The notes beneath the pieces were generated by a model. That model was not told the origin of the DNA, searched no databases, and was given only the letters and a program-made list of their open reading frames with translations. Below, piece after piece: positions 13,937 through 30,030 of a stretch of 64,000 nt of DNA (positions are counted from its first letter, which is position 1; each line of letters begins with the position of its first letter). The stretch lies in the NCBI RefSeq assembly GCF_009914755.1, contig NC_060937.1. One strand, written 5' to 3'. This DNA comes from the human T2T-CHM13v2.0 reference genome, Homo sapiens. The translations under genes were made by a program, and so were the position numbers.

Positions 13937-14184
13937 GGCATTACCATCTAAATGTCACTTGATAAAAATTATTATTAGCTGTGGGTTCTGCCCTTGATTG
14001 TTTCTAGGACCTGATTTTGGCTTGGTTCTGATTGTATAATATCTCTCTTCTGAGCAGTCTCTGAGCCTGATTCTCCACCTTTAATGCCAATTTCATAAGA
14101 TCCAATAACCTTTCAATAAATACCTGTTCTACTTAAGTCTGACAGAGTCTTTTTCTATAGCTTGCATTTAAGAAGAGTGAATAA

Positions 14185-14589
<405 letters not shown>

Positions 14590-16255
14590 TCAGATTTCTA
14601 TGGTTTGATCTTCCTCATAACATTCTCACATAAAAGTACTCAAATTTCAGACACAGTAACAGTACAAGTACTTATTGGCCAAGAAGTCCATTGTACAAAC
14701 TTCAATATGGGCCAGGGGGAATTGTTTAATGTGCCATCATAGTATCACAGCATAGCATATACAAGCACCTGCTTCATAACAGAGAAAACTGGGTTAGTTC
14801 CAATTTCTGAGCTTGAGCAGAACATTACCAGCTGTATTACCTTCAGCAAGCTAGTTATCTTCCTAGACCTCTACTTTAAGATTATTGTGTGGGTTAAATT
14901 TAAAATTTAAATTAGTTAACATCTTGTCAGGCACACACTACATGCTCAATTAATGTTTGTGGAGGTAGTGGAGGTAATGATCAATTTCATCTCCTTGTTG
15001 TATAGAACTCCTAATCTCAAGAAATTGTACTGCTCTATGTAATAAGAACAAGTTTACATTCATGTTCAATAGAAAACAGTTCTACAACCTTTTCTGGAAA
15101 ACAAACATCTTACTGGTCATTCTCTCAAGGCCTCCAGCTCAGGGAACCATCTTTTCCAAATCCAGAGTTCCATTTACATTGTATTCTGTAGAAATGCTGC
15201 TCCTTGGAGTTGTACAGTATACAGCCTGTGTATTACAGATCTGTTTCTGCTTTTGATTTAAGCAGATAATGTGAAGATCATGAGCTATGACTTCTTTACT
15301 CTTTTAGTATTACCTTCATTCTAGATTAAACAATAATTACTACAGTATCAGAACACCAAATATCAATTCAACCTTTTGCTGTCTGTGTTTTCTTTTTAAA
15401 ATAGGTATCAAATAAGTATTCTTAATTTTAGAATGTTTATAGAATATTTGTTAATAGTGTTGATGTTTTTTCCTTCTGGTTGAATAGGACTTGCAGTATG
15501 CCTCTTTACCCAGAGTGAATATTAAACATATGGGGAAGTAGTTAAGCACCTATAATTTTGTTAGTCTCACAATGTACATATCAGGCTTATCACCAACACA
15601 GGAAAACCTCAATGAAAATGCTGTATCAAAAATACAAAATGGAAATGCATCCGAAGTTAAAAATAAAAAAACATACTGTGCTTTTCCCTTAGAAACATTT
15701 GTTTGTTAAAAAGAAAATTGTATTCAATTTTTGGGAATATATACTGGACATAAGTTTCTTCAGTTCAGATAATTTCTTGCCAAATGATATGTCCTCACAT
15801 TAAATAAGTGCATATGAAACATTAGCATTAATTTGTTATGTGATAATCAAGATAGGTAGTTATTTAGCAGGTTCCTTTTTATTCCTGTAAGCAAAGAATT
15901 GAATATGCAATATAAGTTCACAGTAAACAAATTTTAACGTAGCCTGACTGAATAACCCTCGTTATTTCATCATCATTATGATTATTGTAGGTCTCTATCA
16001 AAACTTCAGCCTGGTGAGTCAAAGATGATAGTTGAGAAAAGAAGTGTCCCAAGCTGTATTTGTGCCTGATTGGGTGAGGAAAGGGAGGGGAGGAAGAAGG
16101 AATGAGGAAAACAACCAGATACAAGACTCTTAAAAAGCATTACACTTGTTGATATGAGCAAAAGTACAAAAAGAAACACATAACTAGAGGCAAGTTATAC
16201 TTAAGAATCAAAACCAGAATCTCAGAAAAGAACTTTGTATCCTGCCTATATTTGT

Positions 16256-16288
16256 TTTGTTGTTGTTGTTTTGTTGTTGTTGTTGTTG
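16256..16288. repeat. Imperfect (TTG)n
   Basis: Read directly from the sequence. Confidence 0.85.
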
Positions 16289-17532
16289 CCTTTGGCTTGT
16301 CTTTTCTATTTTGCAAGGCTTTTATCACCACCTAGGGGCAAGCTAAACACATAAGGGGCTCCTTTTTCACTACTAAGTCGTTCCTAAATTATGTGTTTTC
16401 TGAGTCAAAAAGACGTTTATGATTTCAAATGACTGTTTCACTTCTCCCCCCAAAATAAAAGTCAATCTTTTATTATGTATTTCTTTTTCATCTCAAATGT
16501 GATTTTAAAATATAAACTGATTTTTGTATTACATGAATATCATCTTTTAGTTTTATCTTTCTGTCTCTTCTTATATGTCATCTTGTCAAAAACTTTTACT
16601 TCATTTTAAGCAAATTTCATCTTTATAGAATAAGCCCACTTTAAAAATGTTCGGCCCTAAGCCTTTAATTACTATGCAAGGCATTTGCAAAGTATGTAAT
16701 ACAGTAACTTTGGATTATCTGTATAGTTCAATGATGAATCATACTAAAGAAACTCTTCTGCTAAAATTATTTAAAAGTAACCTAATTTCAAAGGTTAACA
16801 AGAAAAATTTAGTTTTCAGACAAAATATTAAAATGTCTCAGTTTAAAGTATCTTCACATGGAAAATGGTTTTGATTCATGGTTATAATAAACCATGGTTA
16901 TAATAAACAAGCTCATAATCACAAATCAGTATGAATTGAAAATAGAAATGAAAGAGGTGTGTGATTTATGACGGTGTTAATGCAATTTCAAATAATTTGT
17001 CAACTATACTATTATAAAATACAAATAGTACCCAGAAAACAAACCTGTAACTTTCCATAATTTAGAAAAACTACAGCATCTTTTGTAGTTAATTAAGAAA
17101 TTGCAATTTGGCAAGGTGCTAAGGTAGTTTCAGATGAGTAAATGCTATTCTCCAGATGTCAATTTTCAGATAAACAGAGTTTCAAAAACCCAAACTAAGC
17201 AACCTTTTCTCTAGATCTTTTATTGGCTAAAGTGTAAATAGGTTTTCACATGCTTAGAGAAATTGCATTTTAAAGATTTTTGATGGTATTGTACTCAATA
17301 TTTATTAATATTTTATCAATAGATAAAGTAAACAAGAGGCTAAACAAAGCATTGTGAATACACCCATCATATTGCAGCCAAGTCAATTGTTTTCAATCCT
17401 TCCATCTTAATAATTGCATTTTGAAAATGTACATAAATTCTAAAATTTTTTATTTTTGTTGGATTCCTAATAATTTCTTATTTTTCAACAGTAAACATTG
17501 TTCAGTGAAATTTTTAAAACCATTAGTTAATT

Positions 17533-17845
<313 letters not shown>

Positions 17846-18384
17846 GCCCATTAGCTAATCAACAGAGTTCCCACAAGCATGATTTTTTTTCTCTCCCCAA
17901 TAAATACAAAAACAAACCTCAGCACTCAAAAAAAGAAGAAACATGTTAAAATCCAAAGACAAAGACACAGACTTAACCTTTGGCATGTCTAGCCACATGC
18001 CACACTGCCTTGTTAATATAGGCTACCTCTCAACATGGACATGCATGGTGAGGATTTTCCAGATGCCAATTCCCTACAAGACTGGTCTTTTATAGAGCTC
18101 CAGTCCACAGAATTCTCCAGCTCAGCTCTTAAAGCTAACATTTTACATTCGAAGGATACTTTCGAAGAGTACTTCCTCAAGCCCCCACTGCAGGCACTGA
18201 AAAGCCCTGACCTATTATCCTCAAAATTGCCTCTAAGAGTGAGAATTCCCCCTTAAAAAAGAAAGTTCAGTAACTAAGGGTAGCGGTCCTGCTAGGAAAC
18301 AAGCAGATACTCAAAAAAAGGGGAGGCCCTATTTTGCTTTGCTTTTTAGAGGAAACTAGAAAAAGATGCGAATAAAACAAGATG

Positions 18385-18815
18385 GTCTACCATTATACTA
18401 AGTGAAAAAGTCAGGCACAGAAAGATAAATATTACATGACCTCAGTTATATGTAGAATCTAAGAGTCAAACTCACAGAAGCAGAAATTAGCATGGTGGTT
18501 ACCAGGGCTAGAGGCCTGGAGGAGATGTTGATCAAAGGACACAAAATTTCACTTAGGAGATAAAGTTCAAGAGATCTGTTGTACAACATGGTGACTATAA
18601 TTATAAAAAATGGAGTGCATACTTGAAAATTGCTAAGAGTAGATTTTCAGTTTTCTTACCACAGATAAATATCTGAGGCAATACATATGCCAGTTAGCTT
18701 GGTTTAGTCATTCCACAATGTATACGTATTTCAAAACACCATGTTGTACACCATAAGTATACAAGATACATAAGATATATCTGTCAATGAAAAATAAATC
18801 AGTGTTTTAAAAAAG
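18385..18815 (+). mobile_element. L1MA 3' UTR
   Basis: aagttcaagagatctgttgtacaacatggtgactata...cttgaaaattgctaagagtagatttt. Confidence 0.88.
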
Positions 18816-18999
18816 AACTTCAACAGGAAAACAAAAATGAAGTGATCTACAAGGAGATTGTTGTTAGTCTTTATTATTATAGCCAAGCTCCAAGCTGAAG
18901 GCTCTTTCTAAGTGCTTCACACTAATGTGTGGTCTATTTGTTACCAGTCCATGGCAATAGAATTTGAAACTATGCATTTAAGAACTTGTATACCAATTT

Positions 19000-20171
19000 T
19001 TAAATTTTTATAGATACATAATAATTGTACATATTTATGGGGTATATGTCATATTTTGATACATGCAGACAATGTGTAATGATCAAATCGAGGTATTTAG
19101 GATATCCATCATCTCAAACATTTATTATTTCATTGTGTTGGGAATATTTCAAATCTCTTCTAGCTCTTTTAAAATGTACAATAAATTATTGTTAGGTACA
19201 GTTACTCTACTGTGCTATTTAACACTAGAACTTATTCCTTCTGTCTGTGTTTGTACCCATTAACCAACCTCTCTTCATCCTCCCGACCTCCATACCCTTC
19301 CTAGCCTCTGATGACCATCATTCTACTCTCTACCTTCATGAGATTAACTCTTTTAGCTTCCATATATGAATGAGAATATGCAATATTTGTCTTTCTGTGT
19401 CTGGCTTCTTTCACTAAACACAATGACCTCCAGTTCTATGCATGTTGCTGTACATGACAGGTTTTCATTCTTTTTATGGTTGAATAGTATTCCATTGTGT
19501 GTATATACCACATTTTCTTTTTTTTTTTTTCTTTTTTAAGACCCAGTCTTGCTCTGTTGCCCAGGCTGGAGTGCAGTGGTGCAGTCTTAGCTAACTGCAA
19601 CCTCTGCCGGATTCAAGCAATTCTCCTGCCTCAGCCTCCCGAGTAGTTGGGACTACAGGTGTGTGCCACCATACCTGGCTAATTTTTGTATTTTTAGTAG
19701 AGATGGAGTTTCACCATGTTGACCAGGCTGCTTTCAAACTCCTGACCTGAGGTGATCCACCCACCTCAGCCTCCCAAAGTCCTGGAATTTCAGGCATGAG
19801 CCACCACGCCCGGCTACCACATTTTCTTTATCCATTTATTTGTTGATGGACATTTAGGTTGATTCCATATATTGGCTATTGTGAATGCTGCTGCAATAAA
19901 CATGAGGGTGCAGGTATCTCTTTGATATACTGATTTCTTTTCCTTTGAATAAATGCCCAGGAGTGGGATTGCTGGACTGCATGGTAGTTTTATTTTTAGT
20001 TTTTTGAGAAATCTCCATACTGTTTTTCATAGTGGTTCTACTAATTTACATTCCCATCAACAATGTATAAGAGTTCTGCAAATGAGATATTACTTTTCCA
20101 CAAACAACGTATTATCTCACCCCATTAAAATGACTATTATCAAAAAGACAAAAAATGTTTAAAACGCTGGC
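19000..20171 (-). mobile_element. L1MA (MA2-4-like) 3' end with short 5' inversion
   Basis: Antisense 3' UTR to ~20076, then a sense piece to 20171; 20-bp TSD at 18980-18999 and 20172-20191. Confidence 0.9.
19521..19814 (-). mobile_element. AluSx-like inside L1MA
   Basis: TSD taccacattttcttt at 19506-19520 and 19815-19829. Confidence 0.96.
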
Positions 20172-20369
20172 AAGAACTTTTATAGCAATTTGAAAGTGTA
20201 GTATTGTATCTGTTGGATCTAATAATTAGAATCCTCGGTTTATAGCTGTCTTTTTACATTTAATTTTTCTATTAATTTATTTTTACTGTATTTTACAAAA
20301 ATACTAATCCATGACAGCTGAAAGAATTATTTTTAACTGGTTCTTTACTACAGTAGTGTGGAAAGCTCT

Positions 20370-20530
20370 GGTTTATGTACATTTTCTCATTTAATTTTCA
20401 CATGAAACATACAATGTAAATACCACTACTACCCCCATCTTTCAGTGAGGAAACCAAGCTTGGAAAGAGGAAGTAATTTAGTAGCTGTCCGAGTCTGGAT
20501 TCAAACCCTGGTTCCTGTCTTTTCAGTTCA
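20370..20530 (-). mobile_element. MIR
   Basis: ccccatctttcagtgaggaaaccaagcttggaaagaggaagtaatt...ggattcaaaccc. Confidence 0.75.
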
Positions 20531-20894
20531 TTTGGCACCTGATACCATTTCTCCATTTTGGATAATATTGCCATGCTGGGCACCAGATCCCAGTATTTTC
20601 ACCCAGTGGCATATTTTATCTTTGAATGTCATTAAGGAAATTATGAGAGTTATAGCCAACAGAGCATTTTCTTTACATATAAATTATGAATTAATTACTT
20701 GTGAATTTTTCTACACTTTTCTTATACCTATTTGTATATTCAGCCCTTAGCAACTCCTACAGAGTTTTGCAGATGTACCACCCACAATATTAAGTAAACT
20801 TTCCTCATATTTCCCATAAATTTAAAGCATATTGCCCCCTGATTACACTATTCTGAAAATCTTTTGTTCATGTTTTAGCTATGAAGGCTTGACT

Positions 20895-21115
20895 CTTTTT
20901 TTTTTTCTTTCGCCTCATTTTGGAATAAATATAGACTTATAAAAAGTTGCCAAGATAGTACAAAGAGGTCTCCTGTTCCCATCACTCAGTTTTCCTGGAT
21001 AGTAACATCTTATGTAACTATAGTACATTGTCAAAACCAGAAAATTGACATTGACACATTACAATCAACAGACCTTATGGGGATTTCACTAATTTTTTCA
21101 TGCACTCATTTTTTG
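20895..21115 (-). mobile_element. L1MC/MD 3' fragment
   Basis: aaaagttgccaagatagtaca...aacatcttatgtaactatagtacattgtcaaaaccagaaaattgacattg. Confidence 0.75.
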
Positions 21116-21939
21116 AACTTTATTCCTTTTTGCACTATTTAATTAGAGTGTTCTCTAATTTTACAATCAACATATGCAACATATTCTGCTAATCTGTTTC
21201 CTTTTGGGGCAGCTCTCAGAATCAACATCTTAAGGATCCAGATCATCATTAAATTTATGCTTATGTTAGCAGTTCTTAGTCATATAAAGAATCCCACACT
21301 GGCTGCATGGCTACAAGAACATTTATATCACTGGTCTAATGTTTCTGGTCTCATTGACTCCTTCAAACTTCAATGAAAGGAAGCCCTACTGATTACAGTG
21401 GGCTCATGGTCCACCCAGACCCCAGCCTGACTATTACAGCTCTCTAGTCTGCTTTGACAATTCCACAAACTTTTATTGAGATCCAGTTTTTATAGTATTT
21501 GTTGAGATGCAGAAATGAATAATTCACCATCCCTGCTTTCAAGTAGCTCACAGTCTAAAAGACGAGAAAGAAATGAGCCTTTGATTTCTGTAAAGGTGGT
21601 GAGCCAGCACTGGCTACAGGATTTTTCCCTGAAAAATACCTTGGAGAAATTATAGAGAAAGAAGTAAGCAGGGATCTGGGAAATTAAGATGGAAACTGCA
21701 AGAAACCCCTGAGGGAAGGAAGGCTATCATGAACTGTTGTCAGGCTTACTTATAGTATGGAGGGAGGGGGGAGGGGGGACAATGACAGAAGACTGGGTGT
21801 ATGTAATGGGGAAAGTCTTCAGATTTGCTCTTCCTTCCCCCATGTGCATTGGGGAAATGATGGCTTACCCAATTACCACAGATAGGTAGAAATCCACAGG
21901 TGAGAGCCCAGCCCTCCCAAGGTAATTTAGTAGCATTAG

Positions 21940-22556
21940 GGTAGCACCAAAGCTCTAAAAAGATGAGGAGTGAAGAGACCAGATGCTGGGAAATCAGCCA
22001 CCCTCAGCAATACTGCATGTATTCCCAGGCAAGAGGGGCCCCTGCCCTTTGTCCTTACCAGACTCCATGCATCCCCTCTGGACCATATTCCAGGTATTAA
22101 TATGGCCCTGATCTCATTGATAGGTTCTGTACAGGCCTCTTCCTCAGTCCCATCTTTCCAAGGATAGACTAGGTCATCATCATCATCAGTGTGTACACCC
22201 CTAGTCCATGGGGTGACAGTTGGTGGAGAATGTGGTCAGAGCATGGGCATGCAAAGTTGCAGTGTCTATGGACATACATGAGACTTCTTTAGGCTAGAGT
22301 GAGAAGAGCCTGGGGGTCAGTTTGCTCCACTGCCACACTGTGGCATGAAACTAAAAGGAGACCAAGGATTCTGAATTTGAACCTAGCTTTCCAGGATGTT
22401 ATGATGGTGTGTTTGTCAATGTAGAGGTATAGAATATATTTTACTGAACAGTTTTTTTTTTACTTTATTTATAACTTTTAAATATTTAGACAAATAATTT
22501 GTGGGCCTTCATTTTACTCCTGCCCTGGGTCCTACAAATGTTAGGAGTGTACCTCT
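21940..22556. mobile_element. hAT-Tip100 element (MER45-family-like)
   Basis: Terminal gtgggccttcattttactcctgccctgggtcctacaaatgttagg; left boundary uncertain. Confidence 0.55.
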
Positions 22557-23841
22557 GGTGGCATTCATTTCCTCACCACTTTTCTTTTGAACCCTCAGCT
22601 GTAATGTGTTACAGTCTAAGGAGCTTGTCTTTTTTTTTTTTCCATGCTGCTTTGCTCAGTACTTAAGGAAATATTTCTGACCACTGAGTTGTTTGGTGGA
22701 GTAGCAGCAGAGGATGGTCAGCACCAGGATTTCTGTGGTATCTAGGGCTCTCCATCCTTTTCTGCCCTCCATCTCCTCTCTTTGAACTCATCTGTGGATT
22801 CACAAACAGAGGCCTGGGTATGAGCTCCTTCTCTAATGCATATTGCCAGACAAGGCAGCTGATATATCCAAGGGAACATGATCTCTATAGACCAAATTGA
22901 CTGTAACCTGAAGAATGCAGCCAATATACAAAACAGGAAAAACTGAGAAACACATACTACATAAAATTAAATTACTAAAACATGTCAAGAATTTAAAATG
23001 AGTACACTTTTTTAAAGGGATAAAAGGGGTAATACACAGCTGAAATAAAAACTCATAGAAAGGAACTTTGTGAAAATATTAGCTATACAAAATATAATAA
23101 AAATAATTGGCTTAATAGATGCAATAAATAATGGAATGGATATAGCCAAGGAAAATTGATGAGTTGAATAAATTACTTGAGAAACTCATACAGAATCAGA
23201 AAAAATAAAAAGATAGAATGAGAAGTAGAGAGCAAGAAAAAAGAAAGCTAAGGTACATCAAGGATAGAGATAGAAGTGCTAATGGAATAGCGACAGTCTA
23301 AGCATGAAAGAAAACAATTACATTTTCCAGTAGTAGTGACAGAAAGACCTGAGATTAAAAGTGCTGATTTAATGCTAAAAGGTACAGATGAGGAAGATCC
23401 ATACCTAGACACATTATGTCTAATGTATCTGATAAAAATAAGATCAAATGCAACACTTCCAAAGAAATAGCTGGCCACCTATAAAAGAAAAATGATTTGA
23501 GTGACAGATTTCTCAACAGCAACACTGGATACAAAAAAGGATGGAATAATATTTTCAAAATATTGAAGAAAAAACTTTGTACCTAAGATATTATATGCAG
23601 CCAACTGCCATTCAAATGTTAGAACCATATTTTCAAGCAGAGGAATCCTCACTTAGATGCATTTTGGAAACACTCTTGCAAAATATACTCAAACAAGCAG
23701 ATACAACCAGAAGGATATTGCAAGAGATAAGGGAAGTTAAAAAAAATAAAGCTTATTAATCTATTAACCAAAGAAAAAAATGTGTAATAACTCATAACTA
23801 AAATTCTAGATAATACCAAGATGATAAGAGTGGGAGAAGGA

Positions 23842-24178
<337 letters not shown>

Positions 24179-24771
24179 TTATAGCGATATTTATGTTTAA
24201 GAATATAATAGAATAAGTTAACATAAATATTGATGTTAGGATATGTGCAAGCACCATAAGAAAACACATTAATTTTAAACTAACAAAATAAAGTTTCATC
24301 TAACAGAAATGAAGAAGAGAAAATTTTTTTAAAAAGTATAATTAGTAAAAAAAGTAAAATATCAAAAAAACTACTCATTATGTGACAGCAATTAAAATAA
24401 TTATTTAATCCACTTACTAATATAAGTGGATTAAATTCACTAATTAAAAGAAATTCTTGGCCTAGATTTTTAAAGAAGGTTCACCAATATTTTATCTATA
24501 AAGACATATTGATTAACAAAATGATACAGAAAGGTTGAAAATAAAAGGTTGTGAAAAGATGTACTAGACAAATATTAACTGAAATAAAGCTCATATAGCA
24601 ATCATCATATCTCACAAAGTAGTAGTTAGAACATAAAATATTAATAAGAACAGACAGACAATATTTACTGATAAGAAGCAATAGAGCAAGAAGGTAACCA
24701 TCATGAGCTTACAGGAATTGAACAATAGAGTCTCTACATGTGTAAAACAGCAATAATAGAACTGCAGAGCA

Positions 24772-24955
24772 CACTGGAGTCTACCTGAGACAGGAGGGAG
24801 AGGAGCAGAAAAGGTAACTATTGGGTTCCGGGCTTAATATCTGGGTAATGAAACAACCTGTACAACAAACCCCCATGACACATGTTTACCTATGTAACAA
24901 ACAGGTACCCCAAACAGAAAATAAAAGTTAAATAATGATTAATTAATTTTTAAAA
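24772..24955 (+). mobile_element. Very short L1PA (PA13-16-like) 3' end
   Basis: ctgtacaacaaacccccatgacacatgtttacctatgtaacaaac; TSD agaactgcagagca at 24758-24771 and 24956-24969. Confidence 0.9.
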
Positions 24956-25312
24956 AGAACTGCAGAGCAAAATACATAAATCAACAATTGTAATGAGAAA
25001 AGTCAACATATCTCTTTCTGAGACACATAGATCAAGCATATCAAAAAGCTATAATACAAATCTAAAAAACACAATTATTAGCTCAAACTATATAAGACAT
25101 ATAGAACTGTTAATCTAACAAACAAAAAAGATATATTGCTTTTGAGCACATGAAAATATTTATAAATATTGGCTATGTACTGGCCATAAGGAAACTTCAA
25201 AAAATTCTTAGAAATTGAATACTATATAAACTATGTTCTTTGATCATAATGTAATAAAATTAGAAATAAACAACAGATATATAGCTAAAACATCTTGTAT
25301 ATTTAGAAATTA

Positions 25313-25882
<570 letters not shown>

Positions 25883-26447
25883 TTAACAAAAACCAAAATG
25901 TGGTTCTTTGGAAAATTTAATAAAATAAATTTATTTTGAGTGAGAAAGATAAATTCAAAATGAAATAACATAAATAAGTACAAACACAATACATTAAAAT
26001 GCTAAAGGGGTATTATTAACAACTGTTAGCAAATTTGTAAACCTAGGTTAAAATATGAACTATCTAAAAAAAAGAAACATCTAAAAAAGTAGAATAGAAA
26101 CTTGACCAGAACAATGAACATAAAGAAATATAAGTAGTAATAAAAGACTTCCTTCATAAAAAAAGAATAAAAAATAAAAATAAAAAAACCTCAAATCCAG
26201 AAGGTTTATAATAAACAAGTTTTACCAAATTTTCAAGAAATCTGTAAGACTTATCTAAATTGCACCAGAAACTAGAGAGACCATGAAAGTCTGCCCATTT
26301 CATTTTATAAGGCTATAAATATGATCTCAAAACCAAGCAAGAGCACTTGAAGAAAATCACAAGCCTATTTAACTTGTTATTGTAGATATGAATATCAAAA
26401 ATAAAATATTAGCTATCTGTATCAATAGTGTATCAAAATAATGCATA

Positions 26448-27524
26448 GAAACCTAAGGTCTCCAAAATGGTGGTCATGGGTTTTGTGACCAGAGAGGTTG
26501 TGGTGGATGTGCTGCTGTATTTTTATCAAGGTTATGAAACCCCTGGTGTACAGTGCTTGTGGAAGAGGACACTCACAGACACTGAACTATTAAGAACTAC
26601 CTGAGCTACCTGACACCTTGGATTATTCTGCTTTTGAAGACATAGTGAAAAATGGATTTGAAAGACTGACCCCTCGACAGCCAATTGAATTGCTCCGTAT
26701 GAAATGATCTGAGCTTCCAGCCCCTTCCTCCGGTCAGAAAAACGACATTATTGCATGGCAAGAAAGTGTAAACAATTCTATGGCCCAGCTAGAGCATCAA
26801 GCAATTTGAATCGAGAATCTAGACCTAATGTCACAGTGTGGATGTAATGCCTGGAAGGTATATAATGAAAATCTAGTTCATATGATTGAACATGCACAGA
26901 AAGAAGTGATTCAGAAGTTAAGAAAACATATTCAAGATTTAAACTAGCAGCAAAAGGACATGCAACTCACAGCTGGAACTAAATCAAGAGAAATCGAATC
27001 AAATTGGATATCCCTGATCAGTAAGAATTACAATATTGAACAGACTATTGAACAATTGTTCAACTAGAAAATGAAAACCATCAAATTAAGTAGCAATATG
27101 GAGAGGCAAACAAAGAAAACATCCAGCAAGACTTCTGAAAAGACAGTTTTGTGGGTGGAAGAAAAGTTTGGCTTTCACCAAAGCCATCTGAACTTTCTCC
27201 AAACTATGAAGGACAACAGCATCTTCCAGAAACCATTGATGTTTAAATGTTTAGAATGTGTGGACTGTTGTAGTAATTCTATTCTATCTTAGCAAAACAA
27301 AAATATCTAAGTTGGTGGTATTTTTATAACCATCAACCAAAAATTCTAGACTTTCAAAATAAGTATAACTTTAGCATAATATTATGTCACTGAATTAATT
27401 TTGAGCTGTGTAGACCATATTTTGTATCCAAGAATCTTTATTTAAACCTTTCAACATGTACAGGAATTTGGAAACTTTTAGTTTATGTCTTTGTCTAATA
27501 AAGAGATACTTCTAAACAGACACA
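26448..27524 (+). pseudogene. BCAS2P: Processed pseudogene of BCAS2 (SPF27 pre-mRNA splicing factor); ex-CDS 26467-27138
   Basis: Intronless translation matches BCAS2 ([87 protein letters not shown]) with stops and frameshifts; 3' UTR AATAAA at 27497-27502; which numbered copy this is was not determined. Confidence 0.95.
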
Positions 27525-27879
27525 CAAAATTCTACATATGTTAATTTTGTAAGGCTCTTAGCAAATAAGAATAAAAAGGAATTCATTAATTCATTTAAAG
27601 TTACAAAACAGCAGCTTGGCAGCAATTAGTAGAAAAATACATCTATTTTAGGATAGGAAGGTGGAGGGAATGTCATATTAAAAGAAAAAGAAATAGGATT
27701 AAGGGGAAGAGAAAAATATCTATTTATTTACAAACACTGTGATTATCTACATAGAGCAACCAACAGAGTCACCATACATTTTGAGAATTTACTAGAGTTC
27801 GACAAGACAGTTGAAACAAGAAGAGACAGACATGCAAACCAATAGTTATAACAAAAGAATGATGCGACAACAGAGGCTT

Positions 27880-28800
<921 letters not shown>

Positions 28801-28889
28801 GGAAAAATAGTCTTCACCAATTACTATCTGGGCCAATGCATTATTCTTAATTTTCTTACATTTTAAGTCATACTAAAAATAATCTACCT

Positions 28890-29000
28890 CAGGGAGGCTA
28901 TTCATGTGTCAGGGCAGAGAATATGTGGGATATTTCTGTACCTTCCTCTCAACTTTGCTGTGAACCCAAAATTGCAATAAAGAAATAAAGTATTTAAAAA
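28890..29000 (+). mobile_element. L1MC 3' terminal fragment
   Basis: ctgtaccttcctctcaactttgctgtgaacccaaaa. Confidence 0.75.
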
Positions 29001-29595
29001 CTAAACAGACAACCTACAGGATGAAATGGTATATTTGTAAACTATGAATCTGACAGGGAGCTGATATCCAGAATTTAGAAGGAACTCAAACAACTCAACA
29101 ATAGCAACAACAACAACAACAAAAACAAATAGACCCACTAAAAGTGGAAAAGGACATGAATAGATATGTTTCTAAAGAAGACATAGAAATGGCCCACAAG
29201 CATATGAAAAAACTGTTCAGCATCACTGATTGTCAGAGAAATACAAATTTAAACCCCAATGAGATGTCATCTTACACCAGTCAGAATGGCTATTATTAAA
29301 AAGATAAATAATAACAGATGTTGGTGAGGATGGGGAGAAAAGGGAACACGTGCATTATTGTTGGGAATGTAAACTAGTACAAGCTCTGTGGAAAACAGTA
29401 TGGAGATTTCTCAAACTAAAAATAGAATGACCATTCAATCCAGCAGTCTCACCACTGGGTGTCTACCCAAAGGAAAAGAAATCATTATATCAAAAAGACA
29501 CTTGCACTCAGTTGTTTATCACAGCACTATTCACAGTAGGAAATATATGGAATCAACCTGTGTCCATCAACAGAGGACTGGATAAAGAAAATGTG

Positions 29596-29646
<51 letters not shown>

Positions 29647-30030
29647 GGAATACTATTGAGCCATGAAAAATGGAATCATGTCTTTTGCAGCAACATGGAT
29701 GGAACTGGAGGCCATTATCTTAAGTGAAACAACTCAGAAACAGAGAGTCCAAAAATGCATGTTCTCATAACTGGGAGCTAAATAATGCATACACATGGAC
29801 ATAGGGTGTGGAATAATAGTCACTGAAGACTCAGACGGGTGGGAAGATGAGAGTTGGATGAGGGTTGAAAATTTACTTAATGGGTACGATGTACATTATT
29901 TGGGTGGTGGTTGTGTTGAAGCCCAGACTTCACCACTATATAATATATCCATGTAACAAAATTGCCCTTGTACCCTTTAAATTTATACAAATAATAATAA
30001 ATAAATAATTAAAAATTTAAAAATGAAAAT
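29001..30030 (+). mobile_element. L1PB/L1MA 3' end
   Basis: ORF2 end plus 3' UTR aagcccagacttcaccacta...ccatgtaacaaaattgcccttgtaccc and an A-rich tail. Confidence 0.92.
29597..29644. repeat. (GATA)12 STR
   Basis: Perfect array, read directly. Confidence 0.98.

Larger units (their letters stand above)
18908..20370 (+). mobile_element. MER5C-like hAT element split by L1MA
   Basis: tttgttaccagtcc...aacttttatagcaatttga...ctgttggatctaataat...aactggttctttactacag...gctctg. Confidence 0.75.

Noticed and set aside
21759-21779. G-quadruplex at ggagggaggggggagggggg
   Set aside because: Only three separated G-runs of three or more, so it does not meet the canonical four-tract pattern
27071-27292. 73-aa ORF as a novel gene
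   Set aside because: Out-of-frame reading of the BCAS2 pseudogene CDS end and 3' UTR
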